From Mayamaea pseudoterrestris (lineage: Eukaryota), in assembly GCA_027923505.1 (NCBI GenBank), contig BROI01000020.1, positions 186,001-250,000 on the forward strand: 64,000 nucleotides of DNA, written 5' to 3'. How positions within the stretch are numbered: position 1 is the stretch's first letter; the number at the start of each line of letters is the position of its first letter. The notes beneath the pieces were generated by a model. The model saw only the letters and a program-made list of their open reading frames with translations, did no database searches and had not been told where the DNA came from. Position numbers and translations under genes: made by a program. This document shows positions 25,568 through 37,100 of this stretch, piece after piece.

Positions 25568-28500
25568 TCATGATATTGCAGTTTCATTTAACGTATCATC
25601 TGCGAAGTAGCGCTGTAATAGCTTCCAGCACTCTTCAGTTGCGAGCATTTGCATGGCTTGTGAGGCGATTTGAATATGTTCCGGTAGGAACAAACTCTGG
25701 TAAGTCTTGCCGGTGTAAAAGGGCTTGGATTCTTTGACTGCTTTCAGCTCCATAAAATCGAGCAAATTCTGCACTGTTGTATCAAAGTCCGTCGTGTAGC
25801 TTTCGTAAAACATTGTGAGCGATGGTAGCCCTAAATGCTCAATCGTTTGGATCGCCATATTGTGCCACTGAACGTATCGGAACCATTCAGCATAGCAAGG
25901 TAAATGAGCCAGCACTTTCTTTTGATCTTCTGTGAAAAGAGGCCGCTTTCTGTTTTCCCGAAACCGGTCATCGACATGCTGGCACCAAGCAAGCAGCCCT
26001 GCGGAGGTGTCGTTAAACTGTGCGAGCGAGGATTCGCTCCAACCACCCTGCCTTCGCTTTTCGATTCCCAAGTGCATCCGCGCAACGATGTTGTCGAAAG
26101 GGCTTCTAATGAGGTGGACGGCTTTCTTTGGGAGGTCAGAGCTATACGTGACGGCTTCCTTCACTTCATTAACCAAACGTGTCCCTGAGACGCAACCAGC
26201 CATAAAAGATTCAATGGTTTGCCGTGTAGCCGCTTGATTGCACAAGTCGCAGTAACCATCACAATGAGTTTTCGTTAGCACATATTCTGGTAACTCATAA
26301 TATGGCTCTTTTACATAAGGGCCTTTTGTTTGACCTAGAAAAAGGGGTTTGAACTTCATGGCCTCAGTGTCGTAGTTTGTTGCGGTAGCCTTTTGCGTGA
26401 TTTCCTTCAAATTCGTAATGGTGTACGAGGTGCCGCTGTTGGGAAATGACATTAAGAGAACCACCTTTGATTCTGGTGCGGAGGAAGGAAATCTATCTGG
26501 GACGTTTGCTAGCGTTGGCTCGTCTGAGAAATACCGCTTCAATAAAGCCCAGGACTGCTCCGTCGCGACAGCTTGGACGAGAAGCTGAATGGATTCAATT
26601 TCTGACGGGCCGAATAGATCCCTGTAGGTTTTTCCTTTGACGAAATCGGAGGACTGCGCGCTTTTTTCAAGATTCAAGAATTCGAAAAGTGTTTCAGTAG
26701 TTGACTCGAAGTTTTTAGCATACTCTTCGTAATGCAGTGTATGGGTAGGTAGACCGAGTTTGCTCATGAGCTCAATCGCCATATTATGCCATTGTGTATA
26801 TCGGAAAAAGTCAGCTGCGCAGGGTGTGCCTTTCATGAGGTCACGCGTTGCATCAGGGATCCATCCCGCTTGTATGCCTGTCTCGTCCCAGAAACCGTCG
26901 TCGACTAATTTGCACCACTGGTGAATACCTTCTCTCGAGTGGCTATACATTAAAAGCTGCTCCGAAGACCATCCTAAGAACTCCCTTCTACGCATCACAC
27001 CGTGGTGCATCCGAGAAACAATGTTGTCGATTGGATCTCGGATAAGGTGAACAAATTTCTTCGGTACAGTCAATGGATAGAATGAATTTGCAAATTTGTG
27101 GCCGGTCCGTTTCTTGCCTGACCCACAGCCTCTTTCGAATGATTCGAGAGTCAAGATAGATCTGCTAAGGTTGCAGTCGTCGCAGTATCCAGCACAATGC
27201 GTTTTGGTCAAAACGACAGGAGGCACCGCAAGGTTCAGATCATGAATGAAAGGGCCGTCAATCAGATCAGGACGGACAGGTACACAGGCATCAAGACCCT
27301 GAGCGTAGTTCGCAGCTGTCGTAGCGTTTGAAAACTTTTCTGTATTTGCCAGCGTGAAGGTCGTACCAGAGTTCGGGAAGCTGAGCAGTAAAGCGACTTC
27401 TGTGTCTTTGCTCTGTCCGGGCCATGCAGCAAGTCCTCGACCGTTTGCTTCTAAAATATCAAGCCATTCTGTAAAGTAATGGCGCAGCAAGCTCCAAGAC
27501 TTTGGCGATGCAAGTTCGCGAACGAGTTGCGCGAGAGCGAGCGCCTCTGCATCCGAGTAGTAGTCGCGATAAGCTTTGCCAGGAATAAACTTAGCGGGTT
27601 CCCCAGTCATTGGCAAATTCAAGAATTCTGTGTACAATCGAAGCGTGCTGCGCTGGAAATCTGCAGTATAGTCTTCATAGTAGAGGTGATAAGATGGTAT
27701 AGATTCTTGTTCAAGTACTTGAAGCGCCAAATTATGCCAAACAACGTAATGCAGCACATCTGTGTAGCATGGCACCTGACTAAACAATGTTGATGCGGCT
27801 TTAGTAATCCAACCTTTGTCGCGGCCGAAGCCGGAAAACTTTTTGTCGAGATATCTGCACCAGGGACGGAACAAAGCTTTCGGGTCGGTGATATTATGGA
27901 GGTTCGTGTCAAGTAGGGCTTTCTCTGCTCTATTTCGAATACCATGATGCATTCGGGCAACAATATTGTCCATCGGATCACGAATGAGATGTACTGCTTT
28001 TACCACCAAGCTTGTAGAATATAGGTCATCAGGCGCCTCGCTGTCAGCTGTGGTTCGAAGTGTCCTGCAACCATCTCGAAACAGATCGTAGTCGTCCTTT
28101 GGGTTGCAATGAGACTTGGTGAGCACCATTGTCTCCGTCCTTAGACGAGAGTCAATGAGGAAAGGACTGTGTTCGAGATCAGGTCGCATTGTTATCGTGC
28201 GGTCTTTCACCTCGTTAGCGTAGTTAGTTGCCACGGAAGTGCCTGTCACCATCATCGTGTTCTTCAAAGTAAACGACGTCCCACTATTGGGAAAGCTTAA
28301 AAGCCACGCAATTTTTGGCTTGCTCAATTCCTGGGGACGTCTGGAGTCGTTTTCTTCGACGTGGTAATTGATCCACTTGTTTAAGTATTGACTTATGTGG
28401 TGCCAGCACTTGTCGGTGGCAAGCGAACGCACGAAAAGAGCCATCTTTCGGGCGATGTCGTCGCCAAAGAGATGGCCATAGGTCTTGCCGTTCTCAAAGT

Positions 28501-31500
28501 CAATAGCGGGTTCCACCATGGGGACATCGAGAAAGTCGACCAAACCTTGGACTGTTTCTTCAAAATTTGATGTGTAATTCTCATAATACACATAATGAAC
28601 GGGTATCTTCAACCGGTCCGTCATTTCCAAAGCCAAATTATGCCACTGGACGTAGCGAAATAGCTCGAACGCACAAGGAAGATTGCGGGCCAGAGCCAAT
28701 TGCTCGGGCTCCAGAAAGGTATCGAGACCGCCATCTCGAGCACTGACTTCGTCGACATACGAACACCACGCAAGAAGTCCCTGACGCGAATCTTCGATCA
28801 TTCTGGATGTCTCCACAGATTTGTCCTGCGCGGCTCGCAACTCTACTCCAAGGTGCTTGCGAGCGACCAGATTGTCGAACACATCCCGAAATAAGTGTAC
28901 AGCTTTGGCGGGCTTTTCAAGATACCGTCTGCGATCCTTGTTGTCGCGACCGTGGGCCTCCCGACAACCAAGCTCGAACGAATGGACTGTATTCAAGAAG
29001 GAATGAAGGGCGCACCCGTCGCAGTACCCAGCACAGTGAGTCTTTGTTAACACGTATTTAGGTACCTGTCGTTCTTCTTTCAGAAGGTAAGGACCGTTTG
29101 TCAAGTCTGGGCGCACAGGTGTGATCGTTCCTGGTTGCGTTGCTGAAACGTAATTCGTTGCTGCTGATGTATTGCTGATTCGTTGAATGTTTGTAATGGT
29201 GTATGAAGTTCCACTATTGGGAAACGAAAGTAGGTAAGCGAGCTTTCGCATCTGTCTCGGATATGGCACCGGCTCAATGGAAGTACTAGCATGCAGGTAC
29301 CGCCTGATAAGAGATAAAGTCATCTTCGACGCAAGCTTGAGTAGCAAATTGGATGCAGATGTTAAAGACTCGCTGTCGAAATGATCAGAATAAGATTTTC
29401 CTTCTTTAAACAAAATCGGAGGTCGTTGAACAGTTTGCTCTAGAAAAGAGTAAAGTTCATTGACCGTCACATTGTATCCAGTAGAATATTGATCGTAATG
29501 GAGCACATGCACAGGAATGGCCATCGAGTCGGTCATTTCGAGCGCCATATTGTGCCACCCGACATAGCGCATAAGGTCCGTATGACAAGGGACCTTGGCG
29601 ATATCACCGCTCTCCGATCTCAGTTGTGCTCGTAGATTCGACGGCAACAAGTTGTCCACGTACTCGCACCAATTTTTCAAGTTTGCTCGTGCATCGTCAC
29701 TTGTGATAGAAGCTATAAACTGTTTAGACAAATTTAGTTTTCCAGCATTCTTGATTGCGTGATGCATGCGGGAGACCATGTTATCCCAAGGGCTGCGTAT
29801 TAGGTGAACCGCTTTTCGAACTATTTGTTCGTCATATGTGGCCTTTGCCAGCCCACTTCCAGCTTCTGACCATGTCGCTGTCAAACACTTGCTCTTGAAG
29901 GCATCTAGCGAAGTCACTGGCGGTTCTTGAAAATTGAAACCAGTACAGTGCGTCTTTGTCAACACTAACTGAGGAAGGGTCATGCTCGGTCGATGTACAA
30001 AAGGACCTTTGCTTACATCTGGTCTCAGAGGTATCCTTTCCGGAGCTTCTTGTCCATGGTTGGTCGCCGTAGATGCATTCGTCATTTGCTCCGTATTAAG
30101 AATGGTGTAGGATGTACCACTATTTGGATAGCTCAACAACCATGCCACTTTGCGCCGTGAATCTGCCTGAGTATCAATGTACATTTCAAAGTAATGCCGA
30201 ATGAGTTGCCAACATTCTGGTGACGCGATCCGCTCGACAAAGGCAGCCGCTTTTCTTCCAGTTTCCACATCGTACAAGCCACGATATGTCTTGCCCGAAT
30301 AGAAGGGGTAGTTACGATGGACAGGCTCCAGCTCAAGAAAACTCAAAATGCCACTAACTGTTTCGTTGTACCGTCGCGTGTAATCCTCGTAGAAAATGAC
30401 GTGATTGGGCACGTTCCATTGTTTAATCAGTTCAATGGCTCGGTTATGCCACATGACATACCGATACCAATCAGTGCTGCAAGGAAGATCCTCGTACAAG
30501 TTTGTCGGCACACTCATATTTTGCATGACTTCATCAAAGTCGCCCCGAAAGACGCCGTCAACTTCCTGGCACCACGCCTTCATGCCCTTTGGCGTATTCG
30601 TAAACACACTCAACTGCTCCTCGGTCCACTTCTTGACGACGCGCCGTCGATCAATGCCAAGATGCATGCGCGCCACAAGGTTGTCGAACGGATCGCGAAA
30701 CAAGTGGATGGTCTTTTTGACCAAGTCGCGCGGATACGGCAAACGCTCGTAGGCCTTTCCGGGCGTTACTGTGCGCGTGCGCACCAAGCAATGGTACTCG
30801 AACTCGTCTAGATCCGTCGGCGAGCAATTTTCGCAATAGCCGGAGCAGTGCGTCTTGGTCAATACAAAGTGTGGCACGTCAAAGGCTGGTTTCAAAACGT
30901 AGGGCGACCGTATCAGGTCGGGACGTAAAGGGATGCGAGTATTTTTGACTTCTTGCTCATAGTTGGTCGCGACGGACATGTTGCTTGTAATCATTGTGTT
31001 CTTTAGCGTATACGAGGTTCCACTGTTGGGAAAGGAGACTAGTAGCGCAACGACTGGAAGATCGTTGGATACTTTGGTTGACGGAACAACATCCACCGAC
31101 GTTTCCACATCCAGTGTCTCGTCCGTTTCACTCTCCTTCTCGTTTTCGCCAAAGTACTTTTTAATAATGCTCCAACAGTCGGGCGATGCCAGCTGCTTGA
31201 CAAGCTCCGCCGCAAGTTGTTTCGTTTCGGCCGTATAGTAGGAATCATACGTCTTGTTGGAAATGAAGGGTTCCGGCGATAGAACCTGCTCCAAGCCAAT
31301 AAAGTCAAAAAGATCATCGACCGTCTTTTGATAATTGTTGGAATATTCCTCATAGTACAGTATATGCGTAGGTATATTGTTGCGTTTGGTCATGGCAATG
31401 GCGTTATTGTGCCACTGCACGTAGCGCCACCACTCCGCCAAGCAGGGCAACTTGTTGACAATCTCCTGCGACACGCCAAACTCTTCCGTCAGCATGCGCT

Positions 31501-32254
31501 TCAAGTCGCCCTTGAACGAAACATCCATGTAGCTGCACCACTCGTGGAAACCAGTTTCGTCGAACGAAAACTTGGCCAAGTCGGCTTCCGCCCATCCAAG
31601 CTTGACGCGTCGTCGCTCCACACCCATGTGCATGCGCGCCACCAAATTGTCGTGCGGATTGCGCAGCAAGTGAACGGACTTTGCTGGAAGCGTATGATAT
31701 GGAGTTCGAATGTTGCGATTCGTCATTGGATTGTACTTGGTCAGTGTCAAGCATTCCGTTTGGAAGGTTTGTACATTTATTTCCGGCACGCAAATTTCGC
31801 AGTGGCCAATGCAGTGCGTCTTGGTTAAAATGCTGCGCGGCTGATGGAGTGAAACGTTTAGAATGTAGGGAGACTGCTCGTACGCTCCAACGAAGCGCGG
31901 TGGTCCATCATATAAAACTTCCTGGTCGTAGGAAGTGGCGACTGTCAAGTTGGAAATGGTTTGCGTATTGGCGAGTGTGTAGGAAGTACCAGAATTGGGA
32001 AAGGACAGCAGCAGCACCACGGAGGAATTGACAGAGTCTTGCGTCGTGACTTGACCCAGTTCGTTCATTGTCGAGTGACTCTGCTGGTGCAGCGTCTGCG
32101 GCATTAACATGGAGGTGCTCAGCAAGCGATTGTACGAGCTCGTCACCATGAGGGAAAGCAGCGACAGCAAAAACACGGCAATCAGCCCCTTGGAAAATAT
32201 GACAAAGCTTTTATTGCCATTGCTGCTGCTATTGCCATTTGCCGTCGACGTCAT
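25568..32254 (-). CDS. Giant type II membrane protein with seven tandem sulfotransferase-like (PAPS-binding P-loop) domains; intronless
   Basis: One N-terminal TM helix, then 7 copies of 'L(L/V/M)S(F/Y)PNSGT(S/T)(Y/F)T ... LTK(T/S)HC ... K.VHL.R...DN.V.R.H ... Y(V/T).WHN.A ... YE.Y', about 310 aa each. Confidence 0.88.
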   Translation of the reverse strand: MTSTANGNSSSNGNKSFVIFSKGLIAVFLLSLLSLMVTSSYNRLLSTSMLMPQTLHQQSHSTMNELGQVTTQDSVNSSVVLLLSFPNSGTSYTLANTQTISNLTVATSYDQEVLYDGPPRFVGAYEQSPYILNVSLHQPRSILTKTHCIGHCEICVPEINVQTFQTECLTLTKYNPMTNRNIRTPYHTLPAKSVHLLRNPHDNLVARMHMGVERRRVKLGWAEADLAKFSFDETGFHEWCSYMDVSFKGDLKRMLTEEFGVSQEIVNKLPCLAEWWRYVQWHNNAIAMTKRNNIPTHILYYEEYSNNYQKTVDDLFDFIGLEQVLSPEPFISNKTYDSYYTAETKQLAAELVKQLASPDCWSIIKKYFGENEKESETDETLDVETSVDVVPSTKVSNDLPVVALLVSFPNSGTSYTLKNTMITSNMSVATNYEQEVKNTRIPLRPDLIRSPYVLKPAFDVPHFVLTKTHCSGYCENCSPTDLDEFEYHCLVRTRTVTPGKAYERLPYPRDLVKKTIHLFRDPFDNLVARMHLGIDRRRVVKKWTEEQLSVFTNTPKGMKAWCQEVDGVFRGDFDEVMQNMSVPTNLYEDLPCSTDWYRYVMWHNRAIELIKQWNVPNHVIFYEDYTRRYNETVSGILSFLELEPVHRNYPFYSGKTYRGLYDVETGRKAAAFVERIASPECWQLIRHYFEMYIDTQADSRRKVAWLLSYPNSGTSYTILNTEQMTNASTATNHGQEAPERIPLRPDVSKGPFVHRPSMTLPQLVLTKTHCTGFNFQEPPVTSLDAFKSKCLTATWSEAGSGLAKATYDEQIVRKAVHLIRSPWDNMVSRMHHAIKNAGKLNLSKQFIASITSDDARANLKNWCEYVDNLLPSNLRAQLRSESGDIAKVPCHTDLMRYVGWHNMALEMTDSMAIPVHVLHYDQYSTGYNVTVNELYSFLEQTVQRPPILFKEGKSYSDHFDSESLTSASNLLLKLASKMTLSLIRRYLHASTSIEPVPYPRQMRKLAYLLSFPNSGTSYTITNIQRISNTSAATNYVSATQPGTITPVRPDLTNGPYLLKEERQVPKYVLTKTHCAGYCDGCALHSFLNTVHSFELGCREAHGRDNKDRRRYLEKPAKAVHLFRDVFDNLVARKHLGVELRAAQDKSVETSRMIEDSRQGLLAWCSYVDEVSARDGGLDTFLEPEQLALARNLPCAFELFRYVQWHNLALEMTDRLKIPVHYVYYENYTSNFEETVQGLVDFLDVPMVEPAIDFENGKTYGHLFGDDIARKMALFVRSLATDKCWHHISQYLNKWINYHVEENDSRRPQELSKPKIAWLLSFPNSGTSFTLKNTMMVTGTSVATNYANEVKDRTITMRPDLEHSPFLIDSRLRTETMVLTKSHCNPKDDYDLFRDGCRTLRTTADSEAPDDLYSTSLVVKAVHLIRDPMDNIVARMHHGIRNRAEKALLDTNLHNITDPKALFRPWCRYLDKKFSGFGRDKGWITKAASTLFSQVPCYTDVLHYVVWHNLALQVLEQESIPSYHLYYEDYTADFQRSTLRLYTEFLNLPMTGEPAKFIPGKAYRDYYSDAEALALAQLVRELASPKSWSLLRHYFTEWLDILEANGRGLAAWPGQSKDTEVALLLSFPNSGTTFTLANTEKFSNATTAANYAQGLDACVPVRPDLIDGPFIHDLNLAVPPVVLTKTHCAGYCDDCNLSRSILTLESFERGCGSGKKRTGHKFANSFYPLTVPKKFVHLIRDPIDNIVSRMHHGVMRRREFLGWSSEQLLMYSHSREGIHQWCKLVDDGFWDETGIQAGWIPDATRDLMKGTPCAADFFRYTQWHNMAIELMSKLGLPTHTLHYEEYAKNFESTTETLFEFLNLEKSAQSSDFVKGKTYRDLFGPSEIESIQLLVQAVATEQSWALLKRYFSDEPTLANVPDRFPSSAPESKVVLLMSFPNSGTSYTITNLKEITQKATATNYDTEAMKFKPLFLGQTKGPYVKEPYYELPEYVLTKTHCDGYCDLCNQAATRQTIESFMAGCVSGTRLVNEVKEAVTYSSDLPKKAVHLIRSPFDNIVARMHLGIEKRRQGGWSESSLAQFNDTSAGLLAWCQHVDDRFRENRKRPLFTEDQKKVLAHLPCYAEWFRYVQWHNMAIQTIEHLGLPSLTMFYESYTTDFDTTVQNLLDFMELKAVKESKPFYTGKTYQSLFLPEHIQIASQAMQMLATEECWKLLQRYFADDTLNETAIS

Positions 32255-32781
32255 GGTGCTCGATTGTCTTCCAAGCGCACAATAAGATTCAAGCAAGGAC
32301 AATGATGTTGGTGGTGCGAAATGCGTTGCGTGAGGCATGCCGATTCAAATCCAACCCTCGCGAAAACGTGTTCCATAAGTAAAGCGTCCTTCATCCGAGC
32401 CAGTCCAGTCTAATGACGGAGCGGTTCTGAGACTCAAGCCAATGCTTGGTGCAATACGACGTACGACTGTCTACCGGTACCGGTAACGGTAGATGCCGCT
32501 ACAGTATATGTACCTGGTAGTAATGTAATGCAACTATGGTAGCAGTTAGTACAGTATGCTAACTTCATATTATGGAGGTTTCTGATTAATGGTGGTTGAG
32601 AGAATTTGGTGGTTTTGGCCGTGCTACATGCACTTCTTCGGACGACCCGTGCCGGCCAATTATTCCGGCCAATGTTCTGCTAGCAGCAAGATTTCAAGCT
32701 GGACAATCAATCACCGTTTTGGCAGAGTCAAGGTCAAACATACTCGACGCCTTTTCTAGGCGCGCTCTAACTATCAGCACG

Positions 32782-34068
32782 CTAACTTTCAGCAGCAGCC
32801 GCAGCTGTCCTGTCATTCCAACCGTTCAATCTTGCTTCAGCATTGTATATTCGCTGGATGCAAGACTCTTTGCTTTCAACCTTTGGAAGATCCCGAAAGT
32901 ATGTCATGTTCATTCGCTTGTAAATCAAATTCTTGTTGGGAATCACATCTCGCGCCACATACTCGTCGCTATGTTCCGCCGTTCCAACGGCCCGCACCGT
33001 ATAATTGTTCATTCCCACATGCAGCTTGGCCTCTGGATACCAGCACTTGCTCGACGGCTCATGCTTGGGAAAGTTGGGACCTTGGCCGTTGATAAAGTTG
33101 CAAAAGGCTTCGCGCGTGGCGCCGGGGCCAGTCACGAGCGACACTACTTGGAGGCTAACATCATTGAGCGCCAGCAAACGACTCGTCATGTGCTGCACCA
33201 GCAAGTAAAAGAGGGGATGCTTCGGTCGGGCCGCAAAAAAGTATTGCGACAAGTGATTGCTCCGTTCCATGACAAAGTAGGCGTCGTCATTAGGCAAAAT
33301 GGAGGTTTCCGCGTCAAAATTGGCCGGTGCATTGTCAATATCCGAGTATATTCCACCATATTCCCACATTATCAATGCTCTCCAAACATCTGCCATGCCA
33401 GCTCCACCCTTGGTGCATTGTAGCACTTGATAAAGCTGCGGAAACTCGGGCCAGTCGCGCTTTAGGAGCCGTTGCATGGCCGCCTCGTTGTGAAAGTAGA
33501 ATTCGTGATGATCAAAGTGCTGCCACTGCTGAATCACGTCGACAAACTCGGGAGGCATGCAGCGTGTTTTACCAGTCATATGAATGACGCGAGGAATGTT
33601 TCGTGGTGGCGGTGGTGAAAGGTTGTTACTGCTGCTGCCGCTCGTTGCAAAGATTGTATCATTGACAAGTACTAATCCTGGCGGACAAGTCGACTCCACG
33701 TGCGTCTGAACCAGTTCTCGTAGAGGTATTGTGGGCGATCTCCGTGGGGGCTTGTCATTTTCATTATAGAATTGTTTTCGCAAAGTAGGCGATGATGAAG
33801 CATTCAACGCGAGCGTCCATCGACTCACAAGTGGTTGGTCGAACTGCAGCGTCCACAGCGTGTACAGTATTGGCGAGAGTCCAAGGAGCAATACTCCTTG
33901 GATTGATATTCTTGTTTTTCTTTTCCAAGCATTTAAACCTGATCTAGGCAGCTGAATCCGCTTCCTGTAGTCGGACGATCCCATGGTCGAGTAACGGTGT
34001 GTGATGGAGTCGATTGGCGAGGCGTGCTCAGAGTCGGTGCGGTACTCATTGTCGCTACGGTACTCCAT
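32782..34068 (-). CDS. Glycosyltransferase family 32 (OCH1/Gly_transf_sug-like, DXD motif), type II membrane
   Basis: 'NIPRVIHMT', 'ADVWRALIMWEYGGIYSDIDN' and 'QYFFAARPKHP...VTGPG', with a TM anchor near the N-terminus. Confidence 0.88.
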   Translation of the reverse strand: MEYRSDNEYRTDSEHASPIDSITHRYSTMGSSDYRKRIQLPRSGLNAWKRKTRISIQGVLLLGLSPILYTLWTLQFDQPLVSRWTLALNASSSPTLRKQFYNENDKPPRRSPTIPLRELVQTHVESTCPPGLVLVNDTIFATSGSSSNNLSPPPPRNIPRVIHMTGKTRCMPPEFVDVIQQWQHFDHHEFYFHNEAAMQRLLKRDWPEFPQLYQVLQCTKGGAGMADVWRALIMWEYGGIYSDIDNAPANFDAETSILPNDDAYFVMERSNHLSQYFFAARPKHPLFYLLVQHMTSRLLALNDVSLQVVSLVTGPGATREAFCNFINGQGPNFPKHEPSSKCWYPEAKLHVGMNNYTVRAVGTAEHSDEYVARDVIPNKNLIYKRMNMTYFRDLPKVESKESCIQRIYNAEARLNGWNDRTAAAAAES

Positions 34069-34191
34069 CGTACTCAAGGTTCGGGTTTTCTTTGAACCGA
34101 TTTTTCAAAACCAAACGCTCGTCGTCGAACGACATGACTGTCAAGAGGAAAGACTGCTGCTGCTATTACATCTCTATCTCTTACAGTCACG

Positions 34192-37100
34192 ATGGAATCC
34201 AAGCCATGCAACGTCAAAGTCTACGTGCGAGTGAAACCTGTGGAGAGCGAACAACAATCAGCAGCCCTTGTGGAACCACTGGATGACACGTCGCTTCGAG
34301 TGCAGAATTGGACCGACTCTCCGTTTAAATGCGACGGAGTAAGTGTTTCACTATCGTTCATATCATGTCTGATTATTATCACTAAACTCTGACACGGTAT
34401 ATCTGTTCGTTCATTTCTAGGTGATATCGTCCGATTCTTCAGACATTTACAAACAAACTTGCCAGCAGCTTCCGCAGCACCTCATTGATGGCCATCATGC
34501 AACACTGTTAGTATACGGCGCCGGTCAGAGCGGCAAGACGAGTACACTGTTTGACGAACAGCATGGCGTCATACAGCCGCTTGTGCAAGAACTGTTTCAA
34601 TTGTTGCAGTCGCAACGAATTTCCGAATGCATACTGCAATGTTCCGTCGCAGAATTGTACTTGGAGTGTGTACACGATTTGCTGCTGGCATCACCGGCAA
34701 ACGACACTGGACAAGCCAGAATACATTGCGGCGCACTCGTAGGATGCATGGCACTGAGTTGTTTAAATGAAGCGGACGTGTTGCAAGTGATGCGACGGGC
34801 GCAGGCGGCACGCACAGTGGCGCACGACTATACGCAGTCAAATAATCATCGACACTCGAGCAAGTCGACTCTCGTGATTCAACTCACGCTTCAAACGGTC
34901 GGCATGGACTCGGATGAACGACGAACTAGTCGACTACTAATCGTGGACTGCGCTCCGCACCAATATACTGCCAGTGACGACGAAACAATGGTCACATCGG
35001 AAGCCATGCAGGCGCTTCACCGTTACGTTTGCGAGCGCATTGACATACAACAACAATCTACTGCACTTTTGAATGGGCCGACAATGTCACGAGACAATGT
35101 CAGCAAGCTTCCGCTCGTCGGACAGTTGCTGCTGCATAGTTTGGGGTCCAATTGCTTCACGTCTGTCATTGTGTGCGTTTCGCCGCAGCAGGAGTCGAGT
35201 TTGTCGGCGTTGCAATTCGGAAAGGATTGTCGGCTATTGGTGAACGACCCACGTCCCAACATTCACCATGCGGCATGGCAAGATTGTACTCTGGTACAAG
35301 CACAAGCAATTGACAAGATGGAAAAGATGGAAACAATTGTTCGTGCGCTCGCGGAAGAATGCGTTCGACTGCGGTCCAAAGGAACAAGTTTTCTAGTCAA
35401 CAAGCAGCTCTGGAACATGATTGACGAAATATCCGCGTCCGAAAAGGAAGCAAGACCACTTGACTTTGTCGTCGAAAATCGCACCGAGCATGAGCACAAG
35501 GTGGAGCTGATGAAGCTGCGCTCCGAGCTGCGCCGCGCCGAGGATGACCGCGACAAGGCCACGGCGCGAGCAGCAAAAATCAAGACTGACTTGCAATCGT
35601 TAAAGGAGCAGGCAAAGACGATGAATAGCCAATATCGCGAACAAAGGATGGAGCTGGAGCAATTGCGTGCAGAGAATACTGTACTAAAGCACCGCAAAGG
35701 CGAAGTGGAGCACAACCTTCGCACCAGTTTGTTTCGTGAGAGCGAGGCCGTGGTCTTTTTGCGACAATTCCGTAAGTTTTACTCGCGGTTGCTTCACAAA
35801 ATGGCAAAGGAGGGGTCAGGTGATGTTACTTCTATCATAAACAATATTCCGGGAGCGCCAGACATGTCGCATATGGTTGACATTGATCGAATGATGGTAG
35901 ACAGCGGTTTGCTGGAAGAAGACGAAATTGGAAAGGATAACGCACCCAAGGATTACCGACCGAGTCGGCTCGCCTTACAGCGAAGCTCGAAGGCCGTGAC
36001 GGACGCAGAAGCACTGCTGCACACTGAAAGTGTGGGCAATGATTCCGTTGCGGGTATCGCGAGCGTTAAACTATCCATAGTAATTAGGCCTGAGACAGGA
36101 GAAACTACCGAAGCTCGTCAGAGACTGTTTCAGACTCCCTCTGGTCGTTATATTGATATGCGAGAGAAAGAATTGGAGGCAGATTTGTTGCGAGTGTCGG
36201 ACAAATGTACTGCCTTGCAAAATCAGCTTGAAAGCGAGAAAGCGAAGACTGCGGCGTTGGCAAATGGAGATGCATCATCAGCAGTCCTAAAAGCAGCATT
36301 AGAGCTGAGATCTGCGGAAGAAAAATTAAAAAAGAAAGAGAAAGACTGGCAAGCTGTTATATTAAAAATGAATGAGCTTCATCTATCATCAAAGGACGCC
36401 CGCGACAAAGTTGACAACCGAGATCAGCACGTAATATATCTGGAGGCAAGTTTGGCCGAATCTCACCTTCAACATAAACAGCTCATAACCACCGCACTGA
36501 CATCAGATAACAATTTACGGAGCGAATCTAATAAGCTTCGCGCACAACTTGAATCCGTGGACGTCCCGCTTTGGCAGTTTAGCGAACCTGGGACGACGGT
36601 ACCAACACTTTCATCGCGAGTTGTGCTTCCATTTTCAACAACATCTCAGCAACTCGAAGAAGCTGATGTGGCGAGACGACTCTCATGCAGCGAGCACGAA
36701 ACATGGGTAGATTTATACTTCAAACCACGACTGGCAACTGCTGCTGCGTCAATTGGCAACAATCACGGTTTTACTGCCTCAGTACCCATCACGACGACGA
36801 ACGACGAGCCTGAAAAAGGCATTGATTCCCTCCTGTTTATGGAAGACGAAAGCAAAGATTTTCAACATGTTTGTCCAGATACTGCTTCGATCCCCAATGA
36901 CGATATTCGTGCGTCAAGCAACCATTACCATAACTTGGTGGATGCTTACAACAGTGCGTCAGCCTCACCAATGTTGCCTTCTGATGCAGTACTCGCAACC
37001 CAGGATGGCTTGGTAACAAATCAAAGCGCTGTCGAAAGTAGCCCTCTTTCTCCGCCACTGACGGCGCCACTTACTAGTACCGTCGAACATCCGACAGTTG

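Noticed and set aside
32596..33423. 275-aa plus-strand ORF
   Set aside because: It is antisense to the well-supported GT32 gene, has a non-ATG start and shows no motifs.
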